Below are positions 61,501 to 64,000 of a stretch of DNA of 64,000 nt, in pieces. Position numbers and translations under genes: made by a program. Numbering within the stretch: position 1 is the first letter of the stretch; the number at the start of each line of letters is the position of its first letter. The notes below the pieces were generated by a model. That model ran no database searches, was not told the origin of the DNA, and worked only from the letters and a program-made list of their open reading frames with translations. Source of the DNA: Bacteroidia bacterium (lineage in GTDB: Bacteria; Bacteroidota; Bacteroidia; M30B66); NCBI GenBank assembly GCA_965279035.1, contig OZ257142.1:2816001-2880000 (forward strand), written 5' to 3'.

Positions 61501-61561
61501 TGATGGCTCCCCAATCGGAACAGAAGTGATTGTGAGCTTACCTTTTACTACATTTGAATAA
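58544..61561 (+). CDS. Sensor histidine kinase (Reg_prop propellers, Y_Y_Y, TM, LytS-type His_kinase)
   Basis: Repeated D..G.IWIGT..GL, YSNLPPGEY, QMNPHFIFNALNSI, ENAVIHG, DNGIG. Confidence 0.95.
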   Translation: MLHHSKILLLLLLFPLGIGAQQFHFRNYSLSEGLAQSQVYTLCQSKNGTIWMGTRGGGLSAFDGIRFQNYTTKDGLADNYILCLTEDSNGILWIGTNNGLCSFNGRVFKSEILPDSGTIVVESILLNYQNALIIGTQKGIYELKANKWNRFRTDIKSIQENITCLYNDHKNRLWIGNNSGLTCIDKKTIQHVGSKEGLPSEAIRCITEDAGGTIWIGTYGHGIAWITTKGIRVMNSKSVLPDPIVQSLYRDNQNRIWIGTQEAGAGYWNPSDSLFRFINERDGLCNNHIRCIIDDYWGNIWLGSSGGGVSKYFGQQFTHFDQRSGLPGRNVYALAEDSSGAIWFSTSSGGLCRAEGNLIKDFSRAEGFPTVKIKKLMIDLQNRLWIGTEGEGIYIYNGKDFTHLGNENGLMGNWIRDIIQDLAGNIWIAKAGGGIAKVSEVNSKFEIRQFGVEQGLPEDRINALLQDKIGRIWFATTSSGCGFIENDSIYSFNTKDGLSSQKLRSLTMAPNGDVWIGTADRGLSVVTMQGNRANFRSISVKQGLTSDNSYLLIFDHDGRLWNGTEKGLDRITLGSDVEVEEIKHYGYSEGFIGIETSQNAAILDSQGKLWFGTINGLTRFNPSLTDINKIAPILQLRDIRLFFKPLLETNYAPFWETIDRDTTSVLKLPYNQNHLSFDFFGVNQRNPEQVKYQWKLVGLDENWTPAGFQHNITYSNLPPGEYTLLYRAENEDGIWSESKSIHFSIEQPIWKRWWFLTISVGFLVVFVWIYFRWRLRRIKHKAKEAQEKLKLETDVLKLEQKALQLQMNPHFIFNALNSIQALIGTQDEKTARYYLSKFSRLMRQILESSREQLIPLEMEISILENYLSIEQFSHGVKFTWKINYEDSIDIKNTSILPMLIHPFVENAVIHGLIPKGADGHIQILFSKFENQLLVRIMDNGIGREKARERRSQQDQQHKSTALLVVQERLALLEGKTHIQINDLTNDDGSPIGTEVIVSLPFTTFE

Positions 61562-61642
61562 ATTATTTTCACCGCGATTTTAATTGCATACATTCGCTAA
61601 ATACTGTATTAAATTGAATATAAATTATAAACAAGCAAGGTC

Positions 61643-61666
61643 AATTCGTAATTTGTAATTTGTAAT
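61643..61666. repeat. 7-bp tandem array (AATTYGT), left half
   Basis: aattcgt aatttgt aatttgt aat. Confidence 0.85.
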
Positions 61667-61760
61667 CAGTACTGTCCGGTTAAAATTGAGATTGCATGAT
61701 TTACCTTCTGTAGTTGCAGTAAATGCGGGTGTTGATGGTATTTATTTAAAATAAAGCCCC

Positions 61761-62963
61761 CTATGGAGGGAACAATGGCAGTTGAAAGGATTTAATTTGA
61801 TTTCTAATTAGCGATTTTTCAGGATTGATGAGGAATTCAAAAAGGTTGATATAGGTCATCAAATGTAGCCTGACCATGGCTGCAAGATTTGAAAACGACC
61901 AGTTTTTACCAGCTCTTGCTTTGACAATTTTTAAGACAAGGTCAGCGATCAGGGCACACCAGATTTGGATTTTGATCGCATTTTCGCTCTCTCCAAGGAA
62001 GCTTTGCATCGGATAGTTCTGTTTGATACGCTTAAATAGCGATTCGATCTGCCAACGATTTTTATAAAACAGTGCGATTGAGGAGGGTTTGAATTGATTG
62101 TTATTGGTTATGAATTCAAATATCCTCTTCGATTTTTTGTCCTCATATTTTATAAGACGTGCCTTCACTCGTGTATTGTTATTGTGCTTGGTGTGGCCCA
62201 TTTCTATAATCTGGTCGAGCAAAATTCCGTTCTGCTTTTCCTTGTCTGAAATTTTCTTTTCCCGCAGGACTTTGATCACGGTGTTGTTTCGTAATCGGGT
62301 CACCCATGTGACATTTTCTTCCGAGAAACGGTTGTATTGCTTGTAATCATTATAACCACGATCAAACACCACAATGGACCCACGTTGCAGGTGTATGTTC
62401 TGCAGAAATGGGCTGTCGGCTCCAGCTCCAGCAGAGAACCTTATCAAGCAAGGCACGTCTTGATCACTCCTCATTAAAGTATGCACCTTAATACCGCCTT
62501 TGCGCTTACCATCGGCGGGATTACGACCGGCATTTTTCAAAACTTCCTGAAACAACTGAATCGTTGTCGAGTCAACAATATAAAGCCGGGATGCGATTTT
62601 ACTTCGGCTGTCCGGTAAAAAATGCTTGTATCGGTCATAAAGCCAGTAGTAAATATCTTCAAAGACATCGGCTGGTCGACTGGTATTTGCATCTGAAATC
62701 GTGCTCCTTCTGGGAAAGTAGTTGATTCCTAAATGCTGTATCCTGCCTTCCCAGGCAAGTAGGCCTGAGGTCACTTCTCGGATACCTGTACACCGATTAA
62801 AGATTGCGTAAAGCATCGTTACTAGGTGCGTATAAGTCCTGAAGTTCTTATAATACCTATCAGCGTTATGCTCATCAGCTATGTCCTTTACTTTCGTCTG
62901 AGGCAGATAAGAAAGGAGTTGACTGTAAATCGGCTGTCCGGTAAAATATTTACTTTTACTCAT
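61761..62963 (-). CDS. IS4-family DDE transposase (DUF4372 + DDE_Tnp_1 type)
   Basis: IVDSTTI, GGIKVH, VFDRGY and YKNRWQIESLFK (YREK) motifs. Confidence 0.95.
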   Translation of the reverse strand: MSKSKYFTGQPIYSQLLSYLPQTKVKDIADEHNADRYYKNFRTYTHLVTMLYAIFNRCTGIREVTSGLLAWEGRIQHLGINYFPRRSTISDANTSRPADVFEDIYYWLYDRYKHFLPDSRSKIASRLYIVDSTTIQLFQEVLKNAGRNPADGKRKGGIKVHTLMRSDQDVPCLIRFSAGAGADSPFLQNIHLQRGSIVVFDRGYNDYKQYNRFSEENVTWVTRLRNNTVIKVLREKKISDKEKQNGILLDQIIEMGHTKHNNNTRVKARLIKYEDKKSKRIFEFITNNNQFKPSSIALFYKNRWQIESLFKRIKQNYPMQSFLGESENAIKIQIWCALIADLVLKIVKARAGKNWSFSNLAAMVRLHLMTYINLFEFLINPEKSLIRNQIKSFQLPLFPP

Positions 62964-62999
62964 GATTATTTTGGTGTGTCGTAACTCAAAAATAATCAC

Positions 63000-63032
63000 A
63001 AAAGGAGTGATCGAAATGGTCGCTCCTTTTTT
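63000..63032. terminator. Terminator-like hairpin inside the IS end
   Basis: AAAAGGAGTGATC-GAAAT-GGTCGCTCCTTTTTT. Confidence 0.6.
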
Positions 63033-63061
63033 CTGATTTAAACTTTAACCGGACAGTACTG

Positions 63062-63086
63062 ATTCGTAATTCGTAATTCGTAATTC
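63062..63086. repeat. 7-bp tandem array (AATTCGT), right half
   Basis: attcgt aattcgt aattcgt aattc. Confidence 0.85.
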
Positions 63087-63097
63087 ATTATTCAACC

Positions 63098-63835
63098 ATG
63101 CCTTTCCAAGCACTCATTATTGATGATATTTCTGAAGCTCGTAATAATTTACGTAGAGATTTGACCGATTGGTGTCCAGAAGTGGAAATCATCGGCGAGG
63201 CGGATGGAGTTATTTCTGGGGCGAAAGAAATTCGGAAACTGAAACCTAATTTAGTTTTCCTCGATATTCAAATGCAGGATGGTAGTGGGTTTGATTTGTT
63301 GGATATTCTTGGTGAGATGCAATTACACGTAATTTTCACAACAGCTTCTGATGCTTTTGCTGTTAAAGCTTTTCGGTATGCAGCGATTGATTATTTGCTC
63401 AAACCAATTGATCCAGATGAATTAAAAGCAGCAGTTGCTAAAATTAAAAAACACGAATATTCTGGTGAAAATTTAGAATTTCTAAAACACCAATTAACTT
63501 CAAAAAAACAAACAGATCGCATAGCACTTCATACATTGGAGAAAATTCATGTGGTAACCATTGAAGAAATTATCCACTGCGAATCAGATGATAATTACAC
63601 ACGTTTTTATTTTAAAGATAAATCCAAATTACTAGTTACTCGAACGCTGAAAGAATTTGATGAACTCCTTAGTCCGCTTGGTTTTTTACGTGTACATCAA
63701 AGTCATTTAATAAATCTCAAACAGGTGAAAGAATTTATCAAAGGAGAAGGGGGTTATTTGATCATGAAAGATGGAAGTAATGTTCCTGTTTCGACCCGTA
63801 AAAAACATGAGGTGTTAGAAAAATTAATAGATTAA
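63098..63835 (+). CDS. LytTR-family response regulator
   Basis: IIDD, VFLDIQM, DYLLKP receiver motifs; FLRVHQSHLIN and VPVSTRK LytTR motifs. Confidence 0.95.
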   Translation: MPFQALIIDDISEARNNLRRDLTDWCPEVEIIGEADGVISGAKEIRKLKPNLVFLDIQMQDGSGFDLLDILGEMQLHVIFTTASDAFAVKAFRYAAIDYLLKPIDPDELKAAVAKIKKHEYSGENLEFLKHQLTSKKQTDRIALHTLEKIHVVTIEEIIHCESDDNYTRFYFKDKSKLLVTRTLKEFDELLSPLGFLRVHQSHLINLKQVKEFIKGEGGYLIMKDGSNVPVSTRKKHEVLEKLID

Positions 63836-63859
63836 TCTCAAATTTGAAAATTCAATCCT

Positions 63860-64000
63860 GTGGTCAATTTCCAACCAACATTAGAAAATGAATTGATTCG
63901 ACTGAGAGCTTTACTTGAGTCGGATTATGAGGAATTATATCAATGTGCTTCCGATCCCTTGATTTGGGAAATCCATCCAAATAAATTTCGCTACAAACGT
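63860..64000 (+). CDS. GNAT/RimJ-like N-acetyltransferase, 5' part only
   Basis: Manual translation from GTG: MVNFQPTLENELIRLRALLESDYEELYQCASDPLIWEIHPNKFRYKR, running off the right edge. Confidence 0.8.
   Translation, partial: MVNFQPTLENELIRLRALLESDYEELYQCASDPLIWEIHPNKFRYKR

Larger units (their letters stand above)
61667..63061 (-). mobile_element. IS4-family insertion sequence, ~1,395 bp
   Basis: Perfect 18-bp terminal IRs CAGTACTGTCCGGTTAAA (61667-61684, 63044-63061); apparent 2-bp AT duplication; GC higher than the flanks. Confidence 0.93.

Overview
Bacteroidota chromosomal window. The assignment rests on TAnnTTTG promoter elements, SusC/SusD, the Bat operon and many T9SS C-terminal-domain proteins. 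From left to right: (1) a >2,390-aa SprB-repeat/PKD surface protein on the minus strand that runs off the left edge and is missing from the ORF track; (2) an accessory block with an XRE/coiled-coil gene pair and two convergent orphan Rhs toxin-immunity cassettes that share a 286-bp, ~94% identical inverted repeat, so one inversion would swap toxin tips; (3) nmrA-like/hxlR; (4) a moxR-DUF58-batABCDE operon interrupted by a four-helix-bundle (IVS-type) gene bracketed by inverted 8-bp microsatellite arrays; (5) truA, an ABC exporter and a lone SusC/SusD pair; (6) a run of T9SS-secreted enzymes with a ~390-bp MITE-like element and two Flavo-1-like structured repeats; (7) marR-like, prmC, ribD and mqnC; (8) a sensor kinase/LytTR pair separated by an intact IS4-family element inserted in a 7-bp tandem array. 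No tRNA, rRNA or CRISPR array was seen. All family calls come from motif recognition by eye, not database searches.
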